Below are positions 1 through 12,797 of a stretch of DNA of 64,000 nt, piece after piece; position 1 is the first letter of the stretch; the number at the start of each line of letters is the position of its first letter. Source of the DNA: Escherichia coli (GTDB lineage Bacteria > Pseudomonadota > Gammaproteobacteria > Enterobacterales > Enterobacteriaceae); NCBI RefSeq assembly GCF_003018255.1, contig NZ_CP027440.1. One strand, given 5' to 3'. The translations under genes and the position numbers were made by a program. The notes beneath the pieces were generated by a model. It was given only the letters and a program-made list of their open reading frames with translations. It was not told the DNA's origin and did no database searches.

Positions 1-1065
1 GAGGATCACAATACTGCGGCCTTCCGGCGTTTCGTCGGCCAGCGAAGCCAGTTGTGCTGCGTCGGCCAGCGTTTTTTCCTCTACGCCCTGCGCAGGGATA
101 AACTCTGATGCCTGACGGTTACCGAGGGTGATGGTGCCAGTTTTATCCAGCAGCAGGACGTCCACGTCGCCCGCCGCTTCAACTGCACGCCCGCTGGTGG
201 CAATCACATTCGCGCCCAACATCCGGCTCATCCCGGCGACGCCGATCGCTGACAACAGGCCGCCAATAGTGGTTGGGATCAGACAGACCAACAGCGCCAC
301 CAGTACCGTTACGCTGACTGCATTACCACCCCATGCGGAAAACGGCCACAGCGTGGCGGTTGCCAGTAAAAAGACGATAGTCAGGGCAATCAGCAGGATG
401 GTCAGGGCAATCTCGTTCGGCGTTTTGCGTCGCTGCGCGCCTTCCACCATCGCGATCATCCGATCCAGAAATGTCTCGCCGGGGTTAACGCTGCACTCAA
501 TCACCAGCCAGTCAGAAAGAATACGCGTGCCGCCAGTGACGGAGGCAAAATCGCCGCCGGATTCACGGATCACCGGAGCCGATTCCCCGGTGATGGCGCT
601 TTCATCGACCGATGCGCCGCCTTCAATGACTTCACCATCGCAGGGGATAATATCGCCAGCTTCTACCAGTACGATATCGCCTTTACGCAGTTGATCTGCG
701 GGAACTTTGTCCGCCGCAGCGCCATATTTCGGCTCACGCAGCTTGCGGGCAAAGGCAGTTTTTTTCACCCCTTTCAGACTATTGGCTTGCGCTTTACTGC
801 GGCCTTCTGCCAGCGCCTCGGCGAAATTAGCGAACAGTACGGTGACCCACAGCCAGCCGCTAATTGCCGCGCTAAACAGCGCATTGCCAGGCATCGCGCC
901 GCTTGCCATTGCAATGCTAATAAAGGTGGTTAACAGACTGCCGATCCAGACGATAAACATCACTGGATTACGCCATTGCGCCTGCGGGTTTAATTTTTTC
1001 ACCGCTTCTTTCAGCGCCTGAACGACAAGTGTTGGTTCGAATAGCGCCAGTTGTTTACGACTCAT
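1..1065 (-). CDS. kdpB: Potassium-transporting P-type ATPase subunit B, N-terminal part; gene continues past window start
   Basis: Minus-strand frame starting [15 protein letters not shown] at 1065 (ATG complement 1063-1065), open to position 1; sits downstream of kdpA in kdpFABC order. Confidence 0.85.
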   Translation of the reverse strand, partial: MSRKQLALFEPTLVVQALKEAVKKLNPQAQWRNPVMFIVWIGSLLTTFISIAMASGAMPGNALFSAAISGWLWVTVLFANFAEALAEGRSKAQANSLKGVKKTAFARKLREPKYGAAADKVPADQLRKGDIVLVEAGDIIPCDGEVIEGGASVDESAITGESAPVIRESGGDFASVTGGTRILSDWLVIECSVNPGETFLDRMIAMVEGAQRRKTPNEIALTILLIALTIVFLLATATLWPFSAWGGNAVSVTVLVALLVCLIPTTIGGLLSAIGVAGMSRMLGANVIATSGRAVEAAGDVDVLLLDKTGTITLGNRQASEFIPAQGVEEKTLADAAQLASLADETPEGRSIVIL

Positions 1066-1087
1066 ATTCAGTGCTCACTCAATATCA

Positions 1088-2761
1088 TCAGGAGAGATAT
1101 TCCGCCACCGGACCAAGCGCCAGGGCAGGGATAAAGGTCAGTGCGCCAACCAGCAACACGGTGCCGATTAACAGGCCAACAAACAGCGGGCCGTGCGTTG
1201 GCAGCGTGCCGGAGCTGGCGGGCTGGCTCTTTTTACTCACCAGCGAACCGGCAATTGCCATCACCGGGATAATTACCCCGAAGCGACCGACAAACATGCA
1301 GAACGCCAGCAAACAGTTCCAGAATGGAGAGTTGGCGCTTAATCCGGCAAAGGCGCTGCCGTTGTTGTTAGCGGCGGATGACACGGCGTACAGCACTTCG
1401 CTAAAACCATGCGGGCCAGGGTTGAGCATGGCGCTACGTCCGGCGTCGGTCATCATTGCCAGCGCCGCGCCCATCAGCGCCAGCGTTGGGGTGACCAGAA
1501 TCGCCAGCGCGGTCAGTTTCATCTCGCGTACGTCGATTTTTTTACCCAGATATTCCGGTGTACGACCAATCATCAGCCCAGCAATAAACACCGCCAGCAG
1601 GACAAACAGCATCATGCCGTAAAGACCAGAACCGACACCGCCGAACACCACTTCACCAATTTGCATCAGCCACATCGGCACCATGCCACCAAGAGCGGTA
1701 AACGAATCATGCATCGCAATCACCGCGCCACAGGAAGCCGCCGTAGTCACGACCGCAAACAGGCTACTGACCAGCACGCCGAAACGACTCTCTTTACCTT
1801 CCATATTGATGCTGCTGTCCGCGCCCAGTGCCAGCAGATGCGGATTACCCTGAACTTCTGCCCACATCACCACGCCTGTGCAGATGATAAAAATCACTGA
1901 CATCGCCCACAGCAACATGCGCCCCTGACGGCGATCGCCCGCCACTTCGCCAAAGGCAAAGCACAGCGCTGTTGGGATCAAGAAGATCGCCAGCATCTGC
2001 ACGAAGTTGGTCAGTGCGGTTGGGTTTTCAAACGGATGCGACGAGTTGGCATTAAAGAAGCCACCGCCGTTAGTGCCGAGCATCTTGATCGCTTCCTGAG
2101 AAGCTACAGGCCCCATGGGTAACAGCTGTTGCGCTCCTTCAACGGTATTCACCGCCTGATAGGGCAGAAAGTTTTGCAGCGCACCTTGTTGAATAAAAAA
2201 CAATGCGATCAACAACGCCACAGGGACTAGCACCCATAACGTGATGCGTAGCAGATCGACCCAGGCATTCCCGAGTGTGCTCATGCTCTGGCGGGTAAAT
2301 GCACGTATGAGGGCAAAAATCACCGCAATCCCGCTGGCGGCAGAAAGAAAGTTTTGCACCGTTAAGCCCGCCATCTGGCTGAAATAGCTCAACGTGGTTT
2401 CACCGCTGTAAGATTGCCAGTTGGTATTTGTGACAAAGCTGACGGCGGTATTCAGCGCCAGATCCCACGACAGTCCTGGCAACTGCTGTGGATTAAGCGG
2501 CAGATAGTGCTGACCGAGCAACATAAAAAACAGCACCGCCAGCCCCAGTATATTCAGGCCAAGAATGGCTGAGAGATACTGCTTCCAGTTCATCTCGCGG
2601 TCAGAGACGCCAAGCGCGCGAAAAAGTACGCGCTCAACGCCCGTCGTACCGGGAAGAGGAATGTCATTAATCAGCCGCGCCAGCCCGCTGCCTAAAGGAC
2701 GCGCCAGCACCATTAACACCAGTAAAAACGTGGCAATCAGTAAGAACCCTTGCGCAGCCAT
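1088..2761 (-). CDS. kdpA: Potassium-transporting ATPase subunit A (557 aa)
   Basis: ORF 1088..2905 contains the KdpA sequence from [24 protein letters not shown]; start ATG at 2759-2761 overlaps the kdpF stop (ATGA). Confidence 0.95.
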   Translation of the reverse strand: MAAQGFLLIATFLLVLMVLARPLGSGLARLINDIPLPGTTGVERVLFRALGVSDREMNWKQYLSAILGLNILGLAVLFFMLLGQHYLPLNPQQLPGLSWDLALNTAVSFVTNTNWQSYSGETTLSYFSQMAGLTVQNFLSAASGIAVIFALIRAFTRQSMSTLGNAWVDLLRITLWVLVPVALLIALFFIQQGALQNFLPYQAVNTVEGAQQLLPMGPVASQEAIKMLGTNGGGFFNANSSHPFENPTALTNFVQMLAIFLIPTALCFAFGEVAGDRRQGRMLLWAMSVIFIICTGVVMWAEVQGNPHLLALGADSSINMEGKESRFGVLVSSLFAVVTTAASCGAVIAMHDSFTALGGMVPMWLMQIGEVVFGGVGSGLYGMMLFVLLAVFIAGLMIGRTPEYLGKKIDVREMKLTALAILVTPTLALMGAALAMMTDAGRSAMLNPGPHGFSEVLYAVSSAANNNGSAFAGLSANSPFWNCLLAFCMFVGRFGVIIPVMAIAGSLVSKKSQPASSGTLPTHGPLFVGLLIGTVLLVGALTFIPALALGPVAEYLS

Positions 2762-2850
2762 CAGAACGCCTCCGCATTGATCAGGGCATAAACCAGATAA
2801 CCCAGTAATAAAAACACCAGCAACACGCCGGCTATCACGCCTGCACTCAC
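2761..2850 (-). CDS. kdpF: KdpF, 29-aa membrane peptide of the Kdp complex, GTG start
   Basis: Translation [30 protein letters not shown] read from the C-terminus of ORF 2761..2964; stop overlaps kdpA start. Confidence 0.85.
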   Translation of the reverse strand: MSAGVIAGVLLVFLLLGYLVYALINAEAF

Positions 2851-2923
2851 AGTGCACCTCCAGTGGCCTAAAAGTGATACCGGAAGAGTAGAATTCTGGC
2901 TGCAAAGATTTCGCAAAAATCTG

Positions 2924-2955
2924 CGGGCGGGGTGTAAAAAAAGTATAAAAATGGC
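2924..2955 (-). promoter_or_regulatory. Probable KdpE response-regulator box upstream of kdpF
   Basis: Minus-strand sequence CATTTTTATACTTTTTTTACACCCCGCCCG with TTTATA/TTTACA half-sites, about 75-105 bp upstream of the kdpF start; matches the KdpE operator as I remember it. Confidence 0.55.
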
Positions 2956-3162
2956 AAAAGCCATGATTTAACTAATGTTTAGTATTAATTTAACCTTTGT
3001 GTAACTTAATTACGGTATGAATGTAAATAAACCATCAATAAGCAAAAATAAGTGGTCGGATGAGTAGTAAAATTACACAAAAGGCGGTACTATTTTCATC
3101 AGATAAACAAATTCATTTTTCCGGTGCTATTCACCGGGTAGATACAAAAGGGGGAGAAAAGT

Positions 3163-3369
3163 ATGGAACTCTACAGAGAATATCCTGCATGGCTTATCTT
3201 TTTACGCCGTACTTATGCGGTTGCAGCGGGCGTTCTGGCGCTGCCTTTCATGCTTTTCTGGAAAGACCGCGCCCGCTTTTACAGCTACCTGCACCGCGTC
3301 TGGTCGAAAACCAGCGATAAACCGGTGTGGATGGATCAGGCCGAAAAGGCGACTGGTGATTTTTACTGA
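3163..3369 (+). CDS. ybfA: Small conserved membrane protein YbfA (68 aa)
   Basis: [71 protein letters not shown]; GGAG-type RBS upstream. Confidence 0.85.
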
Positions 3370-3393
3370 TTGCTGAGTTCTGAATACATTGAA

Positions 3394-3427
3394 AACCGCC
3401 AGCGGAAACGCTGGCGGTTTTTTTTGT
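3394..3427 (+). terminator. Rho-independent terminator after ybfA
   Basis: Hairpin CCGCCAGCG-GAAA-CGCTGGCGG followed by a run of 8 T. Confidence 0.8.
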
Positions 3428-3613
3428 ATCAGGAAGATGTTCAGAGGAATATTTAGACACCGTTATACCAATCGAAACATATATTCATGAAATATATATA
3501 AATATTTTCCTAATTGTTCTTATCTGACAGATATCTCACTTAAGGCTTTCTTATAAATCTGTAGGGTTTCGCCTGTCAGCAGACAAATAACCCGATAAAA
3601 CAAGGATGAGCAG

Positions 3614-6600
3614 ATGAGCGGAAAACCGGCGGCGCGTCAGGGCGACATGACGCAGTATGGCGGTAGCATTGTTCAGGATTCAGCCGGGGTACGTATTGGT
3701 GCCCCCACCGGCGTGGCCTGTTCGGTGTGCCCCGGCGGGGTGACGTCCGGCCATCCGGTCAATCCGCTGCTCGGTGCGAAGGTCCTTCCCGGCGAAACCG
3801 ACCTTGCCCTGCCCGGCCCGCTGCCGTTCATCCTCTCCCGCACCTACAGCAGTTACCGGACAAAAACGCCCGCGCCGGTGGGGAGCCTCGGCCCCGGCTG
3901 GAAAATGCCTGCGGATATCCGCTTACAGCTGCGCGATAACACACTGATACTCAGTGATAACGGCGGCAGAAGCCTGTATTTTGAGCACCTGTTTCCCGGT
4001 GAGGACGGTTACAGCCGCAGCGAGTCACTCTGGCTGGTGCGCGGCGGCGTGGCGAAACTGGATGAAGGTCACCGGCTGGCCGCACTCTGGCAGGCGCTGC
4101 CGGAAGAGCTTCGCCTGAGTCCGCATCGTTATCTGGCGAAGAACAGTCCGCAGGGGCCGTGGTGGGTATTCGGCTGGTGTGAGCGGGTGCCGGAGGCGGA
4201 TGAGGTGCTGCCTGCGCCGCTGCCGCCGTACCGGATACTGACCGGGCTGGTGGACCGCTTCGGGCGCACACAGACGTTTCACCGTGAGGCTGGCGGCGAA
4301 TTCAGCGGCGAAATCACCGGCGTGACCGACGGCGCAGGCCGTCACTTCCGGCTGGTACTGACCACGCAGGCGCTGCGGGCAGAAGAGGCCCGGCAGAAGG
4401 CCACTTCCGGCGGGACGGAACCGTCCGCTTTTCCTGATACCCAGCCGGACTACACGGAATATGGCCGGGACAACGGTATCCGTCTGTCTGCCGTGTGGCT
4501 GACGCACGACCCGGAATACCCGGAGAATTTACCTGCCGCGCCGCTGGTACGCTATGGCTGGACGCCGCGCGGCGAACTGGCGGCGGTGTATGACCGCAGC
4601 AATACACAGGTGCGCAGCTTTACTTACGATGATAAATACCGGGGCCGGATGGTGGCGCACCGTCACACGGGCCGGCCGGAAATCCGTTACCGTTACGACA
4701 GTGACGGGCGGGTGACAGAACAGCTAAACCCGGCAGGCTTAAGCTACACGTATCAGTATGAGAAAGACCACATCACCATCACCGACAGCCTGGACCGCCG
4801 TGAAGTGCTGCACACGCAGGGCGAAGGCGGGCTGAAGCGGGTGGTGAAAAAGGAACACGCGGACGGCAGCGTCACGCAGAGTCAGTTTGACGCGGTGGGC
4901 AGGCTTAAGGCACAGACGGATGCCGCAGGCCGGACGACTGAGTACAGCCCGGATGTGGTGACCGGACTCATCACGCGCATCACCACGCCGGATGGCAGGG
5001 CATCGGCGTTTTACTATAACCACCACAGCCAGTTAACGTCAGCCACCGGGACTGACGGGCTGGAGTTGCGCAGGGAATATGATGAATCCGGCCGTCTGAT
5101 TCAGGAAACTGCCCCTGACGGCGATATCACCCGCTACCGTTATGATAATCTACACAGTGAATTACCCTGCGCAACGGAAGATGCCACCGGCAGCCGGAAA
5201 ACCATGACATGGAGCCGTTACGGTCAGTTGCTGACCGTCACTGACTGTTCCGGTTATGTAACCCGTTATGACCATGACCGTTTTGGTCAGATGACGGCGG
5301 CGCACCGCGAGGAAGGGCTGAGTCAGTATCGCGCATACGACAGCCGTGGACAGTTAATTGCGGTGAAAGACATGCAGGGCCATGAAACGCGGTATGAATA
5401 CAACGCCGCCGGTGACCTGACCGCCGTCATTGCCCCGGACGGCAGCAGAAACGGGACACAGTACGATACGTGGGGAAAGGCCATCCGTACCACGCAGGGT
5501 GGTCTGACGCGCAGTATGGAATACGATGCTGCCGGACGGGTCATCCGCCTGACCAGTGAAAACGGCAGCCACACCACCTTCCGTTACGATGTACTCGACC
5601 GGCTGATACAGGAAACCGGCTTTGACGGCCGCACACAGCGTTATCATCACGACCTGACCGGTAAACTTATCCGCAGCGAGGATGAGGGGCTGGTCACCCA
5701 CTGGCACTATGACGAAGCAGACCGCATCACGCACCGCACCGTGAAGGGTGAAACCGCAGAACAGTGGCGGTACGACGAACGCGGCTGGCTGACACAAATC
5801 AGCCATCTCAGCGAAGGCCACCGGGTGACGGTGCATTACGGGTATGATGAGAAAGGCCGCCTGACCGGTGAGCGCCAGACGGTACATCACCCGCAGACGG
5901 AAGCACTGCTCTGGCAGCATGAGACCAGACATGCGTACAACGCGCAGGGGCTGGCGAACCGCTGTATACCGGACAGCCTGCCCGCCGTGGAATGGCTGAC
6001 TTACGGCAGCGGCTGGCTGGCAGGCATGAAACTCGGCGACACACCGCTGGTGGATTTCACCCGTGACCGCCTGCACCGGGAAACGCTGCGCAGCTTCGGC
6101 CGTTATGAACTCACCACCGCTTATACCTCTGCCGGGCAGTTACAGAGCCAGCACCTGAACAGCCTGCAGTATGACCGCGATTACACCTGGAACGACAACG
6201 GCGAACTCATCCGCATCAGCAGCCCGCGACAGACCCGGAGTTACAGCTACAGCGACTCCGGCAGGCTGACCGGCGTCCACACCACCACCTCAAATCTGGA
6301 TATCCGCATCCCGTATGCCACGGACCCGGCAGGTAACCGCCTGCCCGACCCGGAGCTGCACCCGGACAGCACCCTCAGCATGTGGCCGGATAACCGTATC
6401 GCCCGTGACGCGCACTATCTTTACCAGTATGACCGTCACGGCAGGCTGACAGAGAAAACCGACCTCATCCCGGAAGGGGTTATCCGCACGGATGATGAGC
6501 GGACTCACCGGTACCATTACGACAGCCGGCACCGGCTGGTGCACTACACGCGGACACAATATGCAGAGCCGCTGGTCGAAAGTCGCTATCTTTACGACCC

Positions 6601-7300
6601 GCTGGGGCGCAGGGTGGCAAAACGGGTATGGCGGCGTGAACGGGACCTGACGGGCTGGATGTCGCTGTCACGGAAACCGGAAGTGACCTGGTACGGCTGG
6701 GACGGCGACCGGCTGACCACAATACAGAACGACAGAACCCGCATCCAGACGGTTTATCAGCCGGGGAGCTTCACGCCACTCATCAGGGTCGAAACTGCCA
6801 CCGGTGAGCTGGCGAAAACGCAGCGCCGCAGCCTGGCGGATGCGCTTCAGCAGTCCGGCGGTGAAGACGGTGGCAGTGTGGTGTTCCCGCCGGTGCTGGT
6901 GCAGATGCTCGACCGGCTGGAAAGTGAAATCCTGGCTGACCGGGTGAGTGAGGAAAGCCGCCGCTGGCTGGCATCGTGCGGCCTGACGGTGGAGCAGATA
7001 CAAAACCAGATGGACCCGGTGTACACGCCGGCGCGAAAAATCCACCTGTACCACTGCGACCATCGCGGCCTGCCGCTGGCGCTTGTCAGCACGGAAGGGG
7101 CAACAGAATGGTGCGCAGAATACGATGAATGGGGCAACCTGCTGAATGAAGAGAACCCGCACCAGCTGCAGCAGCTCATCCGCCTGCCGGGTCAGCAGTA
7201 TGATGAGGAGTCCGGCCTGTATTACAACCGCCACCGCTATTATGACCCGCTGCAGGGGCCAGGGAAAGATCACGTAACGCTGCTTTTTTGTACTAAATAA
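3614..7300 (+). CDS. rhsC: Rhs core protein of the RhsA/B/C subfamily (1228 aa), C-terminally truncated just before the DPxGL boundary; no toxin tip
   Basis: GC-rich ORF with YD-repeat core; N-terminus [21 protein letters not shown]; ends ...[13 protein letters not shown] then 13 unrelated codons ([13 protein letters not shown]) and stop. Confidence 0.9.
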   Translation: MSGKPAARQGDMTQYGGSIVQDSAGVRIGAPTGVACSVCPGGVTSGHPVNPLLGAKVLPGETDLALPGPLPFILSRTYSSYRTKTPAPVGSLGPGWKMPADIRLQLRDNTLILSDNGGRSLYFEHLFPGEDGYSRSESLWLVRGGVAKLDEGHRLAALWQALPEELRLSPHRYLAKNSPQGPWWVFGWCERVPEADEVLPAPLPPYRILTGLVDRFGRTQTFHREAGGEFSGEITGVTDGAGRHFRLVLTTQALRAEEARQKATSGGTEPSAFPDTQPDYTEYGRDNGIRLSAVWLTHDPEYPENLPAAPLVRYGWTPRGELAAVYDRSNTQVRSFTYDDKYRGRMVAHRHTGRPEIRYRYDSDGRVTEQLNPAGLSYTYQYEKDHITITDSLDRREVLHTQGEGGLKRVVKKEHADGSVTQSQFDAVGRLKAQTDAAGRTTEYSPDVVTGLITRITTPDGRASAFYYNHHSQLTSATGTDGLELRREYDESGRLIQETAPDGDITRYRYDNLHSELPCATEDATGSRKTMTWSRYGQLLTVTDCSGYVTRYDHDRFGQMTAAHREEGLSQYRAYDSRGQLIAVKDMQGHETRYEYNAAGDLTAVIAPDGSRNGTQYDTWGKAIRTTQGGLTRSMEYDAAGRVIRLTSENGSHTTFRYDVLDRLIQETGFDGRTQRYHHDLTGKLIRSEDEGLVTHWHYDEADRITHRTVKGETAEQWRYDERGWLTQISHLSEGHRVTVHYGYDEKGRLTGERQTVHHPQTEALLWQHETRHAYNAQGLANRCIPDSLPAVEWLTYGSGWLAGMKLGDTPLVDFTRDRLHRETLRSFGRYELTTAYTSAGQLQSQHLNSLQYDRDYTWNDNGELIRISSPRQTRSYSYSDSGRLTGVHTTTSNLDIRIPYATDPAGNRLPDPELHPDSTLSMWPDNRIARDAHYLYQYDRHGRLTEKTDLIPEGVIRTDDERTHRYHYDSRHRLVHYTRTQYAEPLVESRYLYDPLGRRVAKRVWRRERDLTGWMSLSRKPEVTWYGWDGDRLTTIQNDRTRIQTVYQPGSFTPLIRVETATGELAKTQRRSLADALQQSGGEDGGSVVFPPVLVQMLDRLESEILADRVSEESRRWLASCGLTVEQIQNQMDPVYTPARKIHLYHCDHRGLPLALVSTEGATEWCAEYDEWGNLLNEENPHQLQQLIRLPGQQYDEESGLYYNRHRYYDPLQGPGKDHVTLLFCTK

Positions 7301-8255
7301 TTCGCATTTTATGTTTAAAAATTGAGATATTCCTCATTACCTAAAGCTGTTTTTCATTGCTTATACATGATCAAATACTCCTTACATAATTAAGGAGAAC
7401 AAAATGGAACTTAAAAAATTGATGGAGCATATTTCTATTATCCCAGATTACAGACAAGCCTGGAAAGTGGAACATAAATTGTCTGATATTCTACTGTTGA
7501 CTATTTGTGACGTTATTTCTGGTGCAGAAGGTTGGGAAGATATAGAGGATTTTGGGGAAACACATCTCGATTTTTTAAAACAATATGGTGATTTTGAAAA
7601 TGGTATTCCTGTTCACGATACCATTGCCAGAGTTGTATCCTGTATCAGTCCTGCAAAATTTCACGAGTGCTTTATTAACTGGATGCGTGACTGCCATTCT
7701 TCAGATGATAAAGACGTCATTGCAATTGATGGAAAAACGCTCCGGCACTCTTATGACAAGAGTCGCCGCAAGGGAGCGATTCATGTCATTAGTGCGTTCT
7801 CAACAATGCACAGTCTGGTCATCGGACAGATCAAGACGGATGAGAAATCCAATGAGATCACAGCTATCCCGGAACTTCTTAACATGCTGAATATTAAAGG
7901 AAAAATAATCACAACTGATGCGATGGGTTGCCAGAAAGATATTGCAGAGAAGATACAAAAACAGGGCGGTGATTATTTATTCGCTGTAAAAGGAAACCAG
8001 GGGCGGCTAAATAAAGCCTTCGAGGAAAAATTTCCGCTGAAAGAATTAAATAATCCAGAGCATGGCAGTTACGCAATGAGTGAAAAGAGTCACGGCAGAG
8101 AAGAAATCCGTCTTCATATTGTTTGCGATGTCCCTGATGAACTTATTGATTTCACGTTTGAATGGAAAGGGCAGCCATGGACAGAAAATATCTGGCGTCA
8201 GTCCTTGCGGGGAGCGTGCTTTCGTAATTTTGCCCTGCTACAACAGGATTAACTT
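7258..8255 (+). mobile_element. H-repeat (ISAs1-family) element remnant fused to the 3-prime end of the Rhs core
   Basis: Rhs homology stops after the DPLQG codons at about 7257; AT-rich leader then an H-repeat transposase ORF with an internal deletion; no terminal inverted repeat seen at the right end. Confidence 0.7.
7404..8252 (+). pseudogene. H-repeat-associated (ISAs1-family) transposase, internally deleted and frameshifted (282 codons; intact homologs are about 378 aa as I recall)
   Basis: N-terminus [35 protein letters not shown] typical of YhhI/YdcC-like H-repeat proteins; after ...FEWKG the frame changes and the expected C-terminus ([16 protein letters not shown]) is readable in another frame at 8177-8227. 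Confidence 0.75.
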
Positions 8256-8312
8256 CACAAACATCATTTGCCAACGTCTACACTTACTCCTGTTAATATC
8301 TCAGGAGCAGTA

Positions 8313-8822
8313 ATGAATCAGCAACGATTTGATGAAAGCACTCTAATCCGTATCTTCGCGCTTTATGAGTTACATCGACTGAAAGAACATGGCTTAACGC
8401 GCGGGGCACTCAACGATTATCACAGCCGCTATAAACTCGTCTTTCTGGCCCATTCCCAGCCCGAGTACCGCAAACTTGGCCCGTTCGTGGCTGATATTCA
8501 CCAGTGGCAAAATCTGGATGACTATTACAACCAGTACCGCCAACGCGTAGTTGTTTTGCTTTCTCACCCCGCCAACCGACGTGACCACACCAATGTTTTG
8601 ATGCACGTTCAGGGTTATTTTCGCCCTCATATTGATTCCACAGAACGCCAGCAGCTGGCGGCGCTTATCGACAGTTATCGCGGTGGCGAGCAACCGCTTC
8701 TTGCGCCGCTGATGCGTATCAAACACTATATGGCGCTTTATCCTGACGCCTGGCTTTCAGGGCAGCGTTATTTCGAACTTTGGCCGCGTGTGATTAACTT
8801 GCGCCATTCAGGAGTTTTATGA
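8313..8822 (+). CDS. ybgA: DUF1722 protein YbgA (169 aa)
   Basis: ORF MNQQRFDESTLIRIFALYELHRLKEHGLTRG...; stop overlaps phr start. Confidence 0.85.
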   Translation: MNQQRFDESTLIRIFALYELHRLKEHGLTRGALNDYHSRYKLVFLAHSQPEYRKLGPFVADIHQWQNLDDYYNQYRQRVVVLLSHPANRRDHTNVLMHVQGYFRPHIDSTERQQLAALIDSYRGGEQPLLAPLMRIKHYMALYPDAWLSGQRYFELWPRVINLRHSGVL

Positions 8823-10237
8823 CTACCCATCTGGTCTGGTTTCGCCAGGATTTACGTCAGCATGATAATCTCGCGCTGGCTGCCGCCTGCCGCAATTCGT
8901 CTGCAAGCGTGCTGGCGTTGTATATCGCTACACCACGCCAGTGGGCGGCGCATAATATGTCGCCGCGTCAGGCTGAATTTATCAATGCACAACTGAACGG
9001 GCTACAAATCGCGCTGGCGGAAAAAGGCATTCCTTTGCTGTTTCATGAAGTGGATGACTTTGCCGCCAGCGTCGAAATAGTTAAACAGGTGTGCGCGGAA
9101 AATCGTGTTACCCATCTGTTTTATAACTATCAGTATGAGGTGAATGAGCGGGCGCGGGATGTGCAGGCTGAGAGGGCGCTGCGTAACGTGGTGTGTGAAG
9201 GATTTGACGACGGCGTGATCCTGCCGCCGGGGGCGGTGATGACTGGCAATCATGAGATGTACAAAGTCTTTACGCCATTTAAAAACGCCTGGCTTAAACG
9301 GCTGCGAGAAGGGATGCCGGAGTGCGTCGCTGCGCCAAAAGTACGTAGTAGCGGATCGATAGATCCCGCGCCATCCATTACGCTGAATTATCCTCGTCAG
9401 CCTTTCGATACTGCGCATTTCCCGGTGGAAGAGAAAGCGGCGATTGCGCAATTACGCCAGTTTTGCCAGAACGGTGCCGGAGAGTATGAGCAACAGCGAG
9501 ATTTCCCTGCGGTAGAAGGCACCAGCCGTTTGTCCGCCAGCCTGGCAACGGGCGGGTTATCGCCTCGCCAGTGTTTGCATCGCCTGTTGGCGGAACAGCC
9601 GCAGGCGCTGGACGGTGGGGCCGGTAGTATCTGGCTTAATGAGCTGATCTGGCGCGAGTTTTACCGTCATCTGATAACGTATTACCCCTCGCTGTGTAAA
9701 CATCGTCCGTTTATTGTCTGGACCGACCGCGTGCAGTGGCAGAGCAATTCCGCGCATTTAAAGGCCTGGCAGGAAGGCAAAACGGGATACCCGATTGTTG
9801 ATGCTGCCATGCGTCAGCTTAACAGCACCGGCTGGATGCATAACCGGCTACGGATGATTACAGCCAGTTTTTTGGTGAAAGATTTATTGATCGACTGGCG
9901 CGAAGGTGAGCGATATTTCATGTCGCAGCTGATTGATGGTGATTTGGCAGCCAATAACGGTGGCTGGCAGTGGGCCGCTTCAACCGGAACCGATGCAGCG
10001 CCGTATTTTCGTATTTTTAACCCGACAACCCAGGGCGAGAAATTTGACCGTGAGGGCGAGTTTATCCGCCAGTGGCTACCGGAACTGCGCGATGTGCCAG
10101 GGAAAGTGGTGCATGAGCCGTGGAAGTGGGCGCAGAAAGCAGGTGTGACGCTGGATTATCCGCAACCGATAGTTGATCACAAAGAGGCAAGGCTGCGAAC
10201 GCTGGCAGCGTACGAAGAAGCGAGGAAAGGAGCCTGA
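8819..10237 (+). CDS. phr: Deoxyribodipyrimidine photolyase (472 aa)
   Basis: MTTHLVWFRQDLR... with FAD-binding C-terminal region (GWMHNRLRMITASFLVKDL, WQWAASTGTDAAPYFRIFNP). Confidence 0.95.
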   Translation: MTTHLVWFRQDLRQHDNLALAAACRNSSASVLALYIATPRQWAAHNMSPRQAEFINAQLNGLQIALAEKGIPLLFHEVDDFAASVEIVKQVCAENRVTHLFYNYQYEVNERARDVQAERALRNVVCEGFDDGVILPPGAVMTGNHEMYKVFTPFKNAWLKRLREGMPECVAAPKVRSSGSIDPAPSITLNYPRQPFDTAHFPVEEKAAIAQLRQFCQNGAGEYEQQRDFPAVEGTSRLSASLATGGLSPRQCLHRLLAEQPQALDGGAGSIWLNELIWREFYRHLITYYPSLCKHRPFIVWTDRVQWQSNSAHLKAWQEGKTGYPIVDAAMRQLNSTGWMHNRLRMITASFLVKDLLIDWREGERYFMSQLIDGDLAANNGGWQWAASTGTDAAPYFRIFNPTTQGEKFDREGEFIRQWLPELRDVPGKVVHEPWKWAQKAGVTLDYPQPIVDHKEARLRTLAAYEEARKGA

Positions 10238-10279
10238 TAAAACGCAGCGAGCGTCTTATCAGGCATCGGTGCTGGCCTG

Positions 10280-11944
<1,665 letters not shown>

Positions 11945-12031
11945 TTAATATGTCAAAAGATTGGCTATCGACGAACAGGCGAGGTAACGCTATGTTAACG
12001 GTGTAGCTATCAGAATACGGAAGGCGCGAAG

Positions 12032-12775
12032 ATGAAAAACACCGAACTGGAACAACTGATTAACGAAAAACTGAACAGCGCGGCGATTAGTGATTACGCG
12101 CCGAATGGTTTGCAGGTGGAAGGCAAAGAGACGGTGCAAAAAATTGTTACCGGTGTCACCGCCAGCCAGGCTTTGCTCGATGAAGCGGTGCGTCTGGGCG
12201 CGGATGCGGTCATTGTGCATCATGGCTACTTCTGGAAAGGTGAATCTCCGGTCATTCGCGGAATGAAGCGTAACCGTTTAAAAACGTTGCTGGCGAATGA
12301 TATCAACCTGTATGGCTGGCATCTGCCCCTGGACGCGCATCCGGAGCTGGGTAATAACGCACAACTGGCGGCGTTACTGGGGATCACGGTCATGGGCGAA
12401 ATTGAGCCGTTGGTGCCGTGGGGCGAACTGACCATGCCTGTGCCGGGACTGGAACTGGCCTCCTGGATTGAAGCGCGTCTGGGACGTAAGCCGTTATGGT
12501 GTGGCGATACCGGACCTGAGGTGGTCCAGCGCGTCGCCTGGTGCACGGGCGGCGGGCAAAGTTTTATCGATAGCGCCGCGCGTTTTGGCGTGGATGCTTT
12601 TATTACTGGCGAAGTTTCTGAACAGACCATTCATTCAGCCCGCGAGCAGGGATTGCATTTTTATGCTGCGGGTCACCATGCCACTGAACGCGGTGGTATT
12701 CGCGCGTTGAGCGAGTGGCTGAATGAAAATACCGATCTTGATGTGACCTTTATTGATATTCCTAATCCTGCATAA
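12032..12775 (+). CDS. ybgI: NIF3-family metal-binding protein YbgI (247 aa)
   Basis: ORF MKNTELEQLINEKLNSAAISDYAPNGLQVEGKETVQKIVTGVTAS... Confidence 0.9.
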   Translation: MKNTELEQLINEKLNSAAISDYAPNGLQVEGKETVQKIVTGVTASQALLDEAVRLGADAVIVHHGYFWKGESPVIRGMKRNRLKTLLANDINLYGWHLPLDAHPELGNNAQLAALLGITVMGEIEPLVPWGELTMPVPGLELASWIEARLGRKPLWCGDTGPEVVQRVAWCTGGGQSFIDSAARFGVDAFITGEVSEQTIHSAREQGLHFYAAGHHATERGGIRALSEWLNENTDLDVTFIDIPNPA

Positions 12776-12797
12776 CGAATAATCAGAGGGATCGAAA

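Noticed and set aside
128-1622. Plus-strand ORFs of 188, 104 and 197 aa at the window start
   Set aside because: Antisense to kdpB/kdpA, whose minus-strand frames give recognisable P-type ATPase / KdpA sequence.
3060-3320. 86-aa ORF overlapping ybfA in another frame
   Set aside because: Overlaps the better-supported 68-aa ybfA frame; no RBS; likely spurious.
3727-7273. Multiple ORFs of 60-240 aa on both strands inside the Rhs region
   Set aside because: Alternative-frame and antisense ORFs generated by the 62 percent GC Rhs core; the 1228-aa frame is the only one with Rhs/YD-repeat content.
8268-8312. N-terminal 15-codon extension of the ybgA ORF
   Set aside because: The upstream ATG lies inside the H-repeat remnant tail; the conserved protein starts at MNQQRFDE (8313).
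10238-10279. Palindrome CCTGATAAAACGCAGCGAGCGTCTTATCAGG between phr and dtpD considered as a regulatory operator
   Set aside because: More simply explained as a REP-like element / bidirectional terminator stem between convergent genes; no T run and no adjacent promoter.
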